NCBI GenBank assembly: GCA_951406725.2
Contig: OX597816.1
Span: forward strand, 156,922,001 to 156,986,000
Source of the DNA: Octopus vulgaris
Taxonomy: Eukaryota
Length of the DNA: 64,000 nucleotides
Reading direction: 5' to 3'
Shown: piece after piece, positions 1 through 11,605 of the stretch
Layout: every line of letters starts with the position of its first letter
How positions within the stretch are numbered: position 1 is the stretch's first letter
Notes under the pieces: generated by a model
The model's input: only the letters and a program-made list of their open reading frames with translations
Databases searched by the model: none
What the model was told of the DNA's origin: nothing
Program-made: the position numbers and the translations under genes

Positions 1-445
1 CTCAGGTCTCCATATTTATTAATTTTTTCTCCTTCTTTCATGATGATATGCTGGTCTCCTGGCACTGCTACATCCATTATTAGGCACTCTTGTTTGTCCC
101 CCCTAAAGGTTATTATATCCGGTCTTCAGTGCTCTAACACTTTGTCTGTCTGGAAATCAAAGTCCCAGAGGATTTTTGCCTTCCCCTTTTCGTCCATTAC
201 CTTTTCTGGTGTATGTTGGTACCAATCTCCCGTAGCCTCATATCCATACTTGCAGCATAGTAACCAGTGGATGTTGTGGGCTACTTTGTCGTGTCTGCAC
301 TTGTACTCTTTCTGCTCAAGGCTTTCACAAGCTCTAACAATGTGAATCACACTTTTCACCTTATGAATTTGTGTGGTATATATTCTTTTTCACTGAATTG
401 ATATTCAATGCCTGGTCCTGGGCCACGATGATTAGGCTTTCAGTA
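1..445 (-). mobile_element. R4/Dong-like non-LTR retrotransposon fragment (zinc-knuckle region and restriction-like endonuclease), disrupted
   Basis: Minus-strand translation gives TESLIIVAQDQAL..., then HIVRACESLEQKEYKCRHDKVAHNIHWLLC...ILWDFDFQTDKVLEH*RPDIITFRGDKQECLIMDVAVPGD...KEGEKINKYGDL. These carry the RHD, PD..D and K..KY.DL motifs of RLE-type LINEs. In-frame stop at 126-128. Confidence 0.85.
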
Positions 446-544
446 TTATTGTTATTGCTATTCAGTAGTCTTATTTTTAACATGTGCTTTCACTGCACTG
501 CCCTGCGCAGCTCTGTGTGCCCTGATCATGTGCTGTGGTTTGCT

Positions 545-1680
545 CCGATGCTCTTATTTGTATTGAAAGTGTTCTACGTAGAATGTTTGCGGTACTTAGT
601 AGTGCTATTTCCTGTATGTTATGTATACTTGTTGGTCCTGGTGTCTTTGCTATGTATTTGACTGAATATTTTTTATCATACCTCATGCGCCTACCATGAT
701 AGGAATTGTTTCTGCGTTTAGGCTCTACGTTCAAGTTACTTTTATCTCTAGATCTTTGTATTTGAAAGTTTCTCCGTTTCTTTTAGAGAAAGATAGTCAT
801 CTGTTAGTATTGATACATCGATTAGAAAGTAGTTTTTCTTGGTGATCTCTGACAATTATATCAGGGCTATTGACCTTAATGTCTTCGTTTCTGTGTATTG
901 GCATATCTCAGATTATGATTGCTTTCTCATTTTCTGTGACCTTTTCTGGCGTGAGCCTATGCCAAGCTTTTTCTGTTGATATTCCATAATGTTAGCATAG
1001 CTTTCAGTGTATATAGGTTCTAACTCTGTCGTGTATGAATATATTCGTTCTTAGCCAGGATTAGTAGCCAGAGACAATATCATTTATTAGATTTCAGTTT
1101 TTTCACAACTTCCGTTGTCTCTTCTTATTCTTCTTAGTTTTTTGGCACTACGACTTCATTTTTGTATTTGTCAGCTTCCTTAAGAACTGAAAACAGTTTC
1201 TTTTTCGTTTTGTTCGTATTTTGTGGCTACTTGTATTAGTTTTCCTTGCTTTTGAAGTAAGTAATTCTGTAGTCCTATGGTGGTTAATTTGTAATAGTTT
1301 TCTAGCTGTATAACGTTTCTACCACATTCGATACGTGTATATATAACATTTCTATGTCAGATTTGGGGTTGTGCACTCTAAATTCTGTCATAATTGTTCT
1401 TGTTCTCATGTCTATTTTGATTAGTTCCTTTAGAGTCCAATTAAAAATATTGTAGTTGTAACTTATAAATGGGACGACTACGGTGTTGATACCTATTATC
1501 TTGTTCCTCGCATTGAGCTCTTTTTCCAGTATTAATCTCACTCGTCTATAGTATTCTTTTCTCATATTCTCTTTCATTTGTGTGTGTTGTATCATATCTA
1601 GTTCATTCATTCATAAGTATTTGTATGTATGGCTCTAATTCTCTTATTTCATTTGCTCTGTCTAATGTGATGTTGCTACT
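545..1680 (-). mobile_element. Second, 5'-truncated and diverged R4/Dong-like LINE fragment (RT thumb to C-terminus)
   Basis: ORF 1302-1610 (KEYYRRVRLILEKELNARNKIIGINTVVVPFISYNYNIFNWTLKELIKIDMRTRTIMTEFRVHNPKSDIEMLY) matches the post-RT region of R4-clade elements. Downstream frameshifted pieces: HDRVRTYIH, TPEKVTENEKAII, NSPDIIVRD and IQEIALLSTANILRRTLS. Confidence 0.8.
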
Positions 1681-1682
1681 CT

Positions 1683-1762
1683 GTTATTATTATTAGTTTT
1701 GTTGTTGTTGTTGTTGTTGTTGTTGTGGTGGTGGTGGTGGTGGTGGTGGTGGTGGTGGTGGT
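1683..1762. repeat. (TTA)/(GTT)n/(GGT)n compound microsatellite
   Basis: Directly visible. Confidence 0.95.
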
Positions 1763-2556
1763 TTATACATCTTAGCTCCATTCTTTACTTTCTAAATATT
1801 TGTAACTTTAATGATTTTAATTTAAACTGATTGCATTTACGATGTTTGTAAAATTCATCGCCCGTTAATTGTATATTCGTTATGGAATGTTACTTTAAAG
1901 TGTTCCATACCAATTTATATACTTTTCACAGTAATTTCATAAATTAATTAGTCCACTGAGATGAAAATATTCTTTCGGATTAAAGTTATTTTCAGATATA
2001 ATATATGTGTGTTTTGCAGTAATCTTGTTTAAAAATGTAACTAAGTTTAATTATTGTTTTTTCTTTGTTGTTGTTGTTGTTGCTGTTGTTGTTGTTGTTC
2101 TTGTTGTTGTTGTTGTTGTTAAATGTATATTAAAATAGCCTAAACTCTTCCTCTGCTGATAAATTAAATGTAAGTTGTCAAGAAGTGACTTGTAGGAACC
2201 TGTATTATTATTATATACATATATAACAGCCACTTTGTGTGATTTCACAGCACAACCGGGATGCAGACGAAGAACTCCTTGCATTTGTTTTATTTCGGCT
2301 TGTTCTGTTAATGGAAATTCTTGACGTAATACTGTGCATTTTCTAAGAGTGTTGCATTTATCTACGTGTAGCTCTTGGTATGATGGTGTTCTATTTTTCT
2401 GCATGTTTTATAAACCTTCCTTCATCTTTCTGTTATTGTAGAGATTCTTTCTAATTTCCATCCTCTTATTCAGACGATCTCCATATCTTTCTCTCTCTGT
2501 CTCACCCTCTCTCTTTCTCCCTCTTTCTTTCTTTCTTTCTTCATATATATATATAT

Positions 2557-2614
<58 letters not shown>

Positions 2615-2628
2615 AACACACATGTCAA

Positions 2629-2918
2629 GGCGCAATGACCCAGTGGCTAGGGCAGTGGACTCGCGGTCGTAGGATTGCGGTTTCGATTGTGAGAGATTAT
2701 TGAGGGAAAACTCCTAAAGCTCCACGAGGCTCCGGCCGGGGGTGGTGGCGATCCCTCTTGTACACTTTCGCCACAACTTATTCTCACTCTTTCTTTTGTT
2801 GGCCTGCTCGCTTAGCCACCGAGGTGGCGTTATTTGAAGGCTAAAACAATGCGAAGCGCATTGTGACTAGCGATGTCTAGCAACATCTGATAGCCTGGTC
2901 GGTCATGGTGAACGGTGA
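2629..2918 (+). mobile_element. tRNA(Arg)-derived SINE, family A (OR1/OR2-like), tail type 1
   Basis: Head GGCGCAATGACCCAGTGGCTAGGGCAGTGGACTCGCGG...GGTTTCGATT has A/B boxes and a TCG anticodon-like loop. Homologous to 14462-14774 and 30751-31123. Confidence 0.85.
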
Positions 2919-3595
2919 TCTAAATACATACATACATACATACATACATACATACATACATACATACATACATACATACATGCATACATACATACATCCA
3001 TACATACATACATACAGAGGGAATAGTGATAATTTATGAAGATGCATCGTTGTGCGTTGGATCTCGTACATCCATTAAGAGATATTCCATTTCAAGGTGG
3101 TTTTTGCCAATGGTGGCTCCATTTTCTTTAACCTCTTAATCTGTCTTAATCTGTTTACATTGGCATACCTTATACTATGATTACATTGACCTTCTCTGAA
3201 ACTTTTTCTGGCATATCTCATAATTATGAGTTTTTCATAATACTCGCATAAACTCCAGTTTATAAAAGGTCAATCTTTGTCATGTTTGAATATTTATTCT
3301 CTATTGTCTAAGATAGGCCGGTTAGACTATTGTCATTATTTCTTAACTACCTTCACATGCCACTCATGATGTTGAGGTTTGTATTCTACTTCATGTATGG
3401 CCGAAACCTCTTACGTTGTGGGCATTATCAGATTGTCTTGCCATCGTCTTGTCGTGATATTCTAGGTTCATAATTCAAATTATGTGAATATCTTTTAAGC
3501 TGTTACTTTTGATTAATGTTTTATATTTTTCGTATTAATTTCCACTTACATTTTGGAAGATATACGCACGTTTACGTGTGAGTGTGCGTATGTAT

Positions 3596-3806
<211 letters not shown>

Positions 3807-3816
3807 TCTTTTGGTC

Positions 3817-4074
3817 CTTATTTCCTTTACTTGTTTCAGTCATTTGACTGCGGCCATGCTGGAGTGCCACCTTGAACGCTTTTAGTTGAACAAGTCTATT
3901 CCAGGGCTTATTTGTAAGCCTAGTACTTATTTTATCGTTTTATTTACCGAACTGCTAATTTTCAGGGGACATAAGCACACTAACACCGCTTGTGAAGCGG
4001 TTGTGGAGGGACAAACACAAATACAATGATACATACATAAATATATACATATATATACGACGGTTTTCTTTCAG
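3817..4074 (-). mobile_element. SINE family B, 3' part only
   Basis: Reverse complement of the 3' half of 15649-16091 (TTGTTTCAGTCATTTGACTGCGGCCATGCTGGAG). Confidence 0.85.
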
Positions 4075-4090
4075 AAAAAAGATATATGTA

Positions 4091-4354
4091 TGTCTTTTTT
4101 CTGGATAACCATTGGATTTGGTTAAAAAGAGACGATGAACGATGGCTAGAAGAATATTGAGCTTTATTTGATAACCAGTTGATCTAGCAAGCGGGGCCTT
4201 ATATCAGTGAGTGCGGGGTGGGTGCGCATTGATGCCGTCGAAATGTAGGCCCAGAAACGGCGCGCATTCTCTCCTGATGACCCCATTCACTTGCTGGCTT
4301 CCGGTATGCGGAGTGTTTGACTGGTAGCACTTGCATGTGCCAGTTGTTTGCAAG

Positions 4355-4357
<3 letters not shown>
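4091..4357 (-). mobile_element. Solo LTR (267 bp)
   Basis: Termini TGTCTT...AAGACA form a perfect 6-bp inverted repeat (TG..CA). On the minus strand TATAA is followed by AATAAA. GC-rich relative to flanks. Flanks TGTA/TATA resemble a 4-bp TSD with one mismatch. Confidence 0.7.
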
Positions 4358-4400
<43 letters not shown>

Positions 4401-4549
4401 AGAGAAGCGTGAGAAAGTGAAAACAAGAAGAAGATATAGAGAGAAAGGATGCGGGAGAGAGATTTGAGAGAGAAACTAAGAGTAAGAGATTATGTTGTAG
4501 GTTAATTTGTGTATGTAATATTTTCTCGCACTCTAGTATTTGTTTTAAG

Positions 4550-5663
4550 ATATTTCCTTTGTAAGTGAAAATTTGTTAAATCATCATGAACGGTCTAACA
4601 TCATGTTGGTATGTGTTGCTATGCCTTTGTAGATACAGACGCCAATACACACCATAAAAGAGATTAAAAGTAGTCATTTTCGCAGCTGTAAAAGTGACAA
4701 TTGAATATATTCGTGATGGAAAATTTACAATTTACGTAACGACGAAAACAAATTATCAATTATTCAGTGAGATAATATAATATATTTAAAGAAAACTGAA
4801 ATAAATAATTCTAGCGTTGAACACTTAAATGGTAGTACTGTATTTTGAAGAATCCATCCGGTTACATATCTACAGAATATTAAAAATAATTTTACATCAA
4901 CACGTTCCACTGAATGATAAACGAAACAATTTCATCGACACAAACGATGATTAAACAAGTAGACAGCGTATCTTAACAATTCACAGTGGATAGTGATACT
5001 GTCCAAGAATTCCCAGAAATCTTAAGAGACTATTGTGATACACAATATGTCCTGCATAGCTTTGTTCCTTGACATAAATCATATTACATAACGTTTATAA
5101 TATCAAATAATACCATCTAATAATGTCAGTAGTCATCATACTATAGAAATGTATAGAGCTCTCTACAAACAAATTTTATTCTGTTCTCCATAAAGGCAAT
5201 AACATAAGCACAATATGGAGTCAATTGTTTCTTCCTAAGTACCTACAATAGAGAACAATAATGTAATCACATTCGCTACCAATGCACAGCACTAACAGAT
5301 GTTGAAATAAATCCACCTGCAATGCAACGAGTCGATTTCTAGATGTAAACATACAGATAGAAACAAGATACCTGACGACAGTCTATACCAAAGGCACAAA
5401 TGTGTGGATACACTTACATGGAGACAGAGAATTGTCGAATAGAAGAAAAGAGTCTGCGGTAAAATCACTACATATCAGATTATTTAGATTTTCCGTTAGA
5501 AGCAAATTCTTAAGCAATTCTACTCAATGCATAACGAACAAATAAACAACACCTATGCTGTTGAAAAAATAGTCCAACCCTTACGATGACAAAAATCTGA
5601 CATAAAAGAAAAAAAACAATTTTGATAAGAGCCATCTGATGATCATGCTTAATATATGTATGC

Positions 5664-5745
<82 letters not shown>

Positions 5746-5760
5746 TACTACTACTACTAC

Positions 5761-5841
<81 letters not shown>

Positions 5842-6120
5842 TCATAACATAGGATAAATTTTTTTCAGAAAATTTCATCAAAACATATTCACTAATATTG
5901 CTAGTAACTTCCAGACTACATAAATAATCTGGTGTGTCCAAGAGGTTTTCGTCTCTCACCGATATACAAAAGATATCTTATCTTGAACGAAATCCACAGT
6001 AACTACCTGTCAATACTGAACCCTGTATATACATGAAGTCTAATACATAGATTGCTATATTTATAAAACACTGTTTCAATTGCGTATCCACAAATGCAAA
6101 TAAAATTATAAAAGAATGGC
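4550..6120 (+). mobile_element. Highly decayed Penelope-like element (RT remnant), interrupted by microsatellites
   Basis: About 5333-5480 translates to RFLDVNIQIETRYLTTVYTKGTNVWIHLHGDRELSNRRKESAVKSLHIR, matching the PLE RT FLDV...TTVY.K.T motif. Outer boundaries are approximate. Confidence 0.6.
5664..5840. repeat. (TA)n-(CTA)n-(TAA)n compound microsatellite
   Basis: Directly visible. Confidence 0.95.
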
Positions 6121-6141
6121 TGTATAATACCAAATTTACTT

Positions 6142-6333
6142 TCCAACCATATGTTTCCGAGTTCAGTCCCTCTGCGTGTTCGGTAAAACAGACCGATAGA
6201 CTAAGTGCTAGGCTAACAAAGAATAAGTCCTGCGGTCGATTTCTTCAACTAAAAATACCCTTTAGGGGAGTGCTCCAGCATGGCGACAGTCAAATGACTG
6301 GAGCAAGTAAAAAAAATAAAAGAATAAAAGAAT
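6142..6333 (+). mobile_element. SINE family B, internally deleted
   Basis: Head fragment GAGTTCAGTCCC joined to the tail GCTCCAGCATGGCGACAGTCAAATGACTG. Confidence 0.75.
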
Positions 6334-6693
6334 ACTTTTCTAAACTCAAGGAAAACGTTTTTAGCCAGTGCCCCCATCCTAAACGTGCCCTCCTACAAGC
6401 TTGGAGCCCGGACCGAAAATGTTGGATAAATCAACAATAGCAGCATGTTAGAACACCACCACAGGCGAAGCCATTACCGCAAGCTTCGAACTCACCAGAT
6501 GTCAGATAAAACAGCAACAACCACAAAAGCATTTTGGATCACCACCGCAGCCGGATCCGAGATGGTGGATTAGAATATTGTCAGAAGCGAAGGTGATGTA
6601 GGGGAAATAGCCTAGTACTGCTGTTAGCAACCAAACGCGGACATTTCGCTCGGTTGTTATGGCCGATTAGAGAGAGAGAGAGAGAGAGAAAGA

Positions 6694-6741
6694 GACCATT
6701 GGTTTCGTACCTATAAGCTGTATAAGCGGCTCCTCAGACTC
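6694..6741 (-). ncRNA. Truncated minimal hammerhead ribozyme motif
   Basis: Minus strand: GAGT-CTGAGGA-(imperfect stem II)-GAAA-CCAATGG-TC, then a (TC)n tract. The 3' strand of stem I is missing. Confidence 0.5.
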
Positions 6742-8953
6742 AAATGCATGAGAATCAAATATTAGTCTACACCTCGGTTATATAGTTTTCCTTTTTCATC
6801 TGACATAAGTGGCGAAATAGTCGGGACAACAGTGCATCGGACCAAATTGGAGCTGAAATATCTAAATGTGAACCTCAGAAAGTACTGAGTAAGCATAATA
6901 TGCATGAAACTGAGAAACTGATCCCTTGATACAAGACAAGCTCAAGATGTCTAGAAAGAGAAGCACTAGATGAAAACTCCACGCATATAAAAGATGATTT
7001 TAAACTAGGTAGAAAACCACTGCATCGTTTACAGATTCTACCTGCTAGAAATAGGAACCGACTCTGCTGAATTCCATACCTTACAGTCTTTTATAAAAGT
7101 AAATATTAGATTTAAAAAATACGGTATATTTATAACTAAAATATTTTCAATTTACGCCCAGTTTAGCAAAGCATAAAATAGTCTTCTAAATGCATTTATT
7201 GAAACTAGACTTCTCATTTTTGCTGCTAGGCGTGAAATATTTTCATAACTAGAGGCGTTTCAAATTGTCGATTTTCAAGTCAGTCTCATAAGTGACAATG
7301 ATAAAGAGAAATTATGCTAAAGATTGTAAGAATTATTGTTCACATTTTGTAAGCTATGAGAATATCAATAAAGCAAAATTTCTCCTTTCTGAGATAATAG
7401 TATCCATTTCATTTTTTACTTTTTAATAATTATTGATAAGCAGCATCTAGTATTCGAAAAGAGAAGAAATTTGATGAGGAATAATTGGCAGATTTCTTTT
7501 GATGCGCTCGTAAAACAGGAAAACTTCAGTAAGCGTCTTAAAATATTGTTCGTAGTTATTCTTATTGTGATTTAAAATTTTGCCACGATATTCTATTCAT
7601 TTGTTACGTAATATTACAAATTTTGGCTATATTTTTCCCTTTTGTTTTCTTTTTAAAATTACTTGATATTCTGTTTCCATTTTCCGTTTAATATTAGAAT
7701 AGCTGATTTTGATTTTTAGGAACATTAGCGAGAAAGGATTTGTTCAAATAAACACCAACATTAAACCTGCTAAATATTCTGAGATATATGGGAGTAAAAT
7801 CGATATAAATTATAGTTTTTTGGACAGGAATAGCTAATCATGGAAATTTGTCAAGGCATCTGATGTTTGAGTGAAAGCAGATCTGAAACGATATCATTAT
7901 ATCCTCATAGTTCATATAAACACCAGGCCATTGCATCTGGTGAAAAATCTTGCAGTTATTCGCTACAGGTTTCCTCCCTACTCCCGCGTTTGTCGCTTAA
8001 AACTCTAATGCTCAACCCTACTTAGTGTAATTTTGTTTTGATGCTCAATTAAATAAATATGGCTGTTTATGAAAATATGTTTTTGCATAAAGAGGTCATT
8101 TCGAAAAGCAGAAATGTCACTTTCGTCAAAATACATATCCCTATATTTGTAGTCAGGCAAAAAATTTATTAACATCATATTTACGAAAGCATTACATTTA
8201 TAAACTAAGCAAAATGTCTTCTGTCGGGAATTGTTAAATAATCCGTGAAAGTGAACTGAAAACTGGTTGGCGTCTTGATGTTGCTACATAATTTTATAAA
8301 GCAGTCTTACAAGCTAAAGTTTTTATGTATACGATTCGAGGGAGGCACGCAGTTTATTTCATTTATTGCGAACACTTATATGACACTAGAAAACACAGCA
8401 ATGTAGTTGAATTACAGGAAGTTATTCATTTAAACTTTTCTCCCATGTCATTACGCATGTCTGATTTAAGTGCAAGGCCAAATATTTAGAGGACTGATTA
8501 TATCACCACCTGCTACTATTTTTTTATCTACCGCGTGATGATATAAAGAAAAAAGAAGTCAGACCGGTTTTGAAACCAGAGTGTAATATACCGCTAATAA
8601 ATACTTAAACACAGTTCACTGATTCTACCACTTTGCCGGAAGAACCAAACCATATAACAAATAGTGCTTAAGACAGATCTTGTGCGACTGTACAATGCAG
8701 AGAGTCAGACTTGATCGAATTTGCTTCAGCTAGTTAAATAATGTTTTCTGCATTGACAAAACTATTAACAGCGGATCTCTTTGTTGACAGTTGTGTGGCA
8801 TACATATGTGATTGAGAAGTTTACTTCACACATACCTAGTTATAAACATGTGAGTGAAATTTGCGTGACAGAAAGTCTGTTGAAAATATAGATGGGTAAG
8901 CAGATGGGCACACATACATCTGCATATATGCATGCGCGCACACACACGCATGA

Positions 8954-9076
<123 letters not shown>

Positions 9077-9289
9077 ATCCAGTGATTGAGATGTAGGAAG
9101 AAAGTGTTAGCTTCAAGCAATAGGTAGTAAACATGAAAAACAACTTTCAGGGAGAATACTGCTGTATTGAGACGGAAGGTTGTGGATTTGATCGTATAAA
9201 CTGAAAAAAAATATTTTATATTTCACGGTTAGCGGTCAGGGTTGCCGGATGTACGAATAAGAATACAAGAGTTAAGGAATGCAGTAGAT

Positions 9290-10750
9290 AAGATCCGGGC
9301 TTCATATGTTTCATAGCGAGCGGAACCTCAGAGGTGGTAACTATCCAAGCGAGGTGTATACCACAGTCTACTCTTCAAGCCAAAGATATCTTGATTAAAT
9401 GAACGTTTATATTGACGCAAGGAGGCACATGTTAACACATGGAAGATTCAATCGGAATGTGTGGCGAACACGGTAGGAGAGAAGGGTACAAATATAGAGA
9501 GAAATAAGGATTAAAAGAAAGAACCAAAGAAAAAACATAAAAGAGTGGGAGGAATGAGGAATTTAAGCAAGGGTATTTGACCGGTAGTATTCAATGGGGC
9601 CGTTTTGGCCGAATCACAAAAATTAGCAATGGGAGTGGTATTAGAGAAAAAGATAATGTGGAAGGAAGAGGGTGGGGAGATATTTTTGGTGAAGGGGGAA
9701 ATATATATGCTTGAAGAAATCAAGAGAAAACGGGGAAGAATCGTAGAGGCTACCACTTGTTTTCAATTGAGGACTGTATATTGTGTGCGGTGACCGTGTA
9801 TACAGTATGAAGTAGCAGATGCGTGTGTTGGCGTATGTACTTGTAAGTTTACGAAGGGGGGTAGTAACAGGAGGGGACGCAGTTGAAATAAGAGAAAAAT
9901 ATTTTAAATGGTAAGGAAAAATACAAAGAGAAGTATGTAAATGACAATAAGGAATTAAAAGGAAGATATAGTGTTGATTTAAAATATAGTGGTAGTGAGG
10001 GTAAATAAGAGGGAAAATTTATGAAGGTTAGGAGGAAGGACGGGTGGGGTTGTTATTTGTCTTTTGAGAATAGATTTAGTGATCGATATTTGCAGGTAAA
10101 AATTATACTGTTGCCTTCGTTAAAACAATCCGTGGATTGCAAAATAGCTAGGACCTCAGCTATACAGAGATCACATTTATTATAGCTGCTGTATGGCTTG
10201 GCGTTGGTGACTATGGACCAATTGAGAGTGTATGAAGTTGAATCACTCCTTAGTTTATTGATAACGAAGTACTTTTGGATTTTGTTAGGGACTTGAAGCT
10301 GAAGTAGTGGTTGTTCACATTAGCTTTGAAGGTGGTGTTACATGAGCAGATATATATGTAGTTACAATTGACAGCTGATACTGTACACTTATGAACGATG
10401 TTTTTTATGAGACAACGGTGATCTAAATGACAGGATGTTGATCGTCTGAAGCTGCATAGGTGTTCCGGATAAACTTGTGAGGGGATTACTATTTAGTGAG
10501 GAATCAGTGTTAGGTTTATTATTATTGCTGACTTTAGGATTAGTATTTGTTAAGGAGTTGAGGGTGGTATTGTGGGGTTGCATAATACGATAATTATTGT
10601 GCCTGGTGGTATCTTCTGTGTCGTTCTCTATTTTTGCAAGAGGAGGTATAGCTGGGTGTTGTGGTAAATTTAACGATTGGCTGTAAGGTGCGGAATTATA
10701 GCTGGATTTATGAGGGTTAATGTTGTTACTTGGTGTTTTTGGGTTTATAT
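9290..10750 (-). mobile_element. Penelope-like element 3' remnant (GIY-YIG endonuclease and 3' region)
   Basis: About 10070-10460 minus translates to CSFRRSTSCHLDHRCLIKNIVHKCTVSAVNCNYIYICSCNTTFKANVNNHYFSFKS...YTLNWSIVTNAKPYSSYNKCDLCIAEVLAIL, the PLE CxC..C/VY..YIG/CxLC pattern. A degenerate HHR-like motif lies near 9300-9345. Confidence 0.75.
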
Positions 10751-10958
10751 GTATGGAGCTGGAGGTTATGTTGAGTTATATATATATATATGTGTGTGTG
10801 TATGTGTGTGTGGGGGTGTGGGTGGGGGTGGGTGTATGAGTGTGTGTATATATATATGGGTGTGTGTGTATGAGTGTGTGTATATATATGGGTGTGTGTG
10901 TATATCAGTGTGTAACAAATATAAGGCGGAAGATAAAAAATGCGAGAATTTATTATTA

Positions 10959-11061
10959 ATCACAATTGTTTCGACACATCTACCATTGATTCCTCTTGGG
11001 CAGAACACTCAACAGGTGGTTCAGGAGCATCCGGCGGTACAGATGTATTTCGTCGGGTGAT
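10959..11061 (-). ncRNA. Degenerate hammerhead ribozyme motif (CCGACGA core, long stem II)
   Basis: Minus strand: ATCAC-CCGACGA-AATACATCT...AGATGTGTC-GAAA-CAATTG-TGAT. Stem III is palindromic. The cleavage triplet appears deleted. Confidence 0.5.
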
Positions 11062-11495
11062 AAATAGATACAACTCGTTACAATAAATGTTCTGCAATAT
11101 AACTTCCCGTTGTGTAGAAAGAACAGCAGCCACACGGAGGAAATGTCTTCATTTATATAGAAGATCAAAAATAAAATCACAGATGGCAGAAAGAGAAACG
11201 AACACGCTGTAATTGTTGAAAGAGACATCCGTTGTATACTTAATATAAATGCTTGGTCTTTTTTTTTTTTTTTTTGATAAAATTCATTCGTCATCATGTA
11301 AGAAATCGAAATATTGAACTTTATAGTTAATTACATTAACACAATAGTCTATTGTTCAATAATTACAATTATCTAATGCAGAATAACCGCTTGCTATTTG
11401 TCACTAAAAGGAATAGAATAATGTTCATTAATTTTCTCAAGAATTAACTGATTTGATATAACATAATAAATCATAGGATATTTAATCGACGTGAT

Positions 11496-11605
11496 GCTAT
11501 AGACATTCCGTCAGGAGACGGAATGTTTATAGCCTCGTTGGTGGAACTTGAACCACGTACCTAACGCTTTGGTGGGCATTTTGTGACCGACTACACTACG
11601 GGAAG
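11496..11605 (-). other. tRNA-like head (A/B box) fused to a 17-bp hairpin
   Basis: Minus strand: GTAGTGTAGTCGG (A box), GGTTCAAGTTCC (B box), then GCTATAAACATTCCGTC-TCCT-GACGGAATGTCTATAGC. Confidence 0.5.

Noticed and set aside
9295-9345. Functional HHR (CTGAGGT...GAAACATATGAA, minus strand)
   Set aside because: A9 and the cleavage triplet are mutated and stem I does not pair. Kept only as a relic.
10812-10832. Potential G-quadruplex
   Set aside because: It arises within a degenerate (TG)n tract with no functional context.
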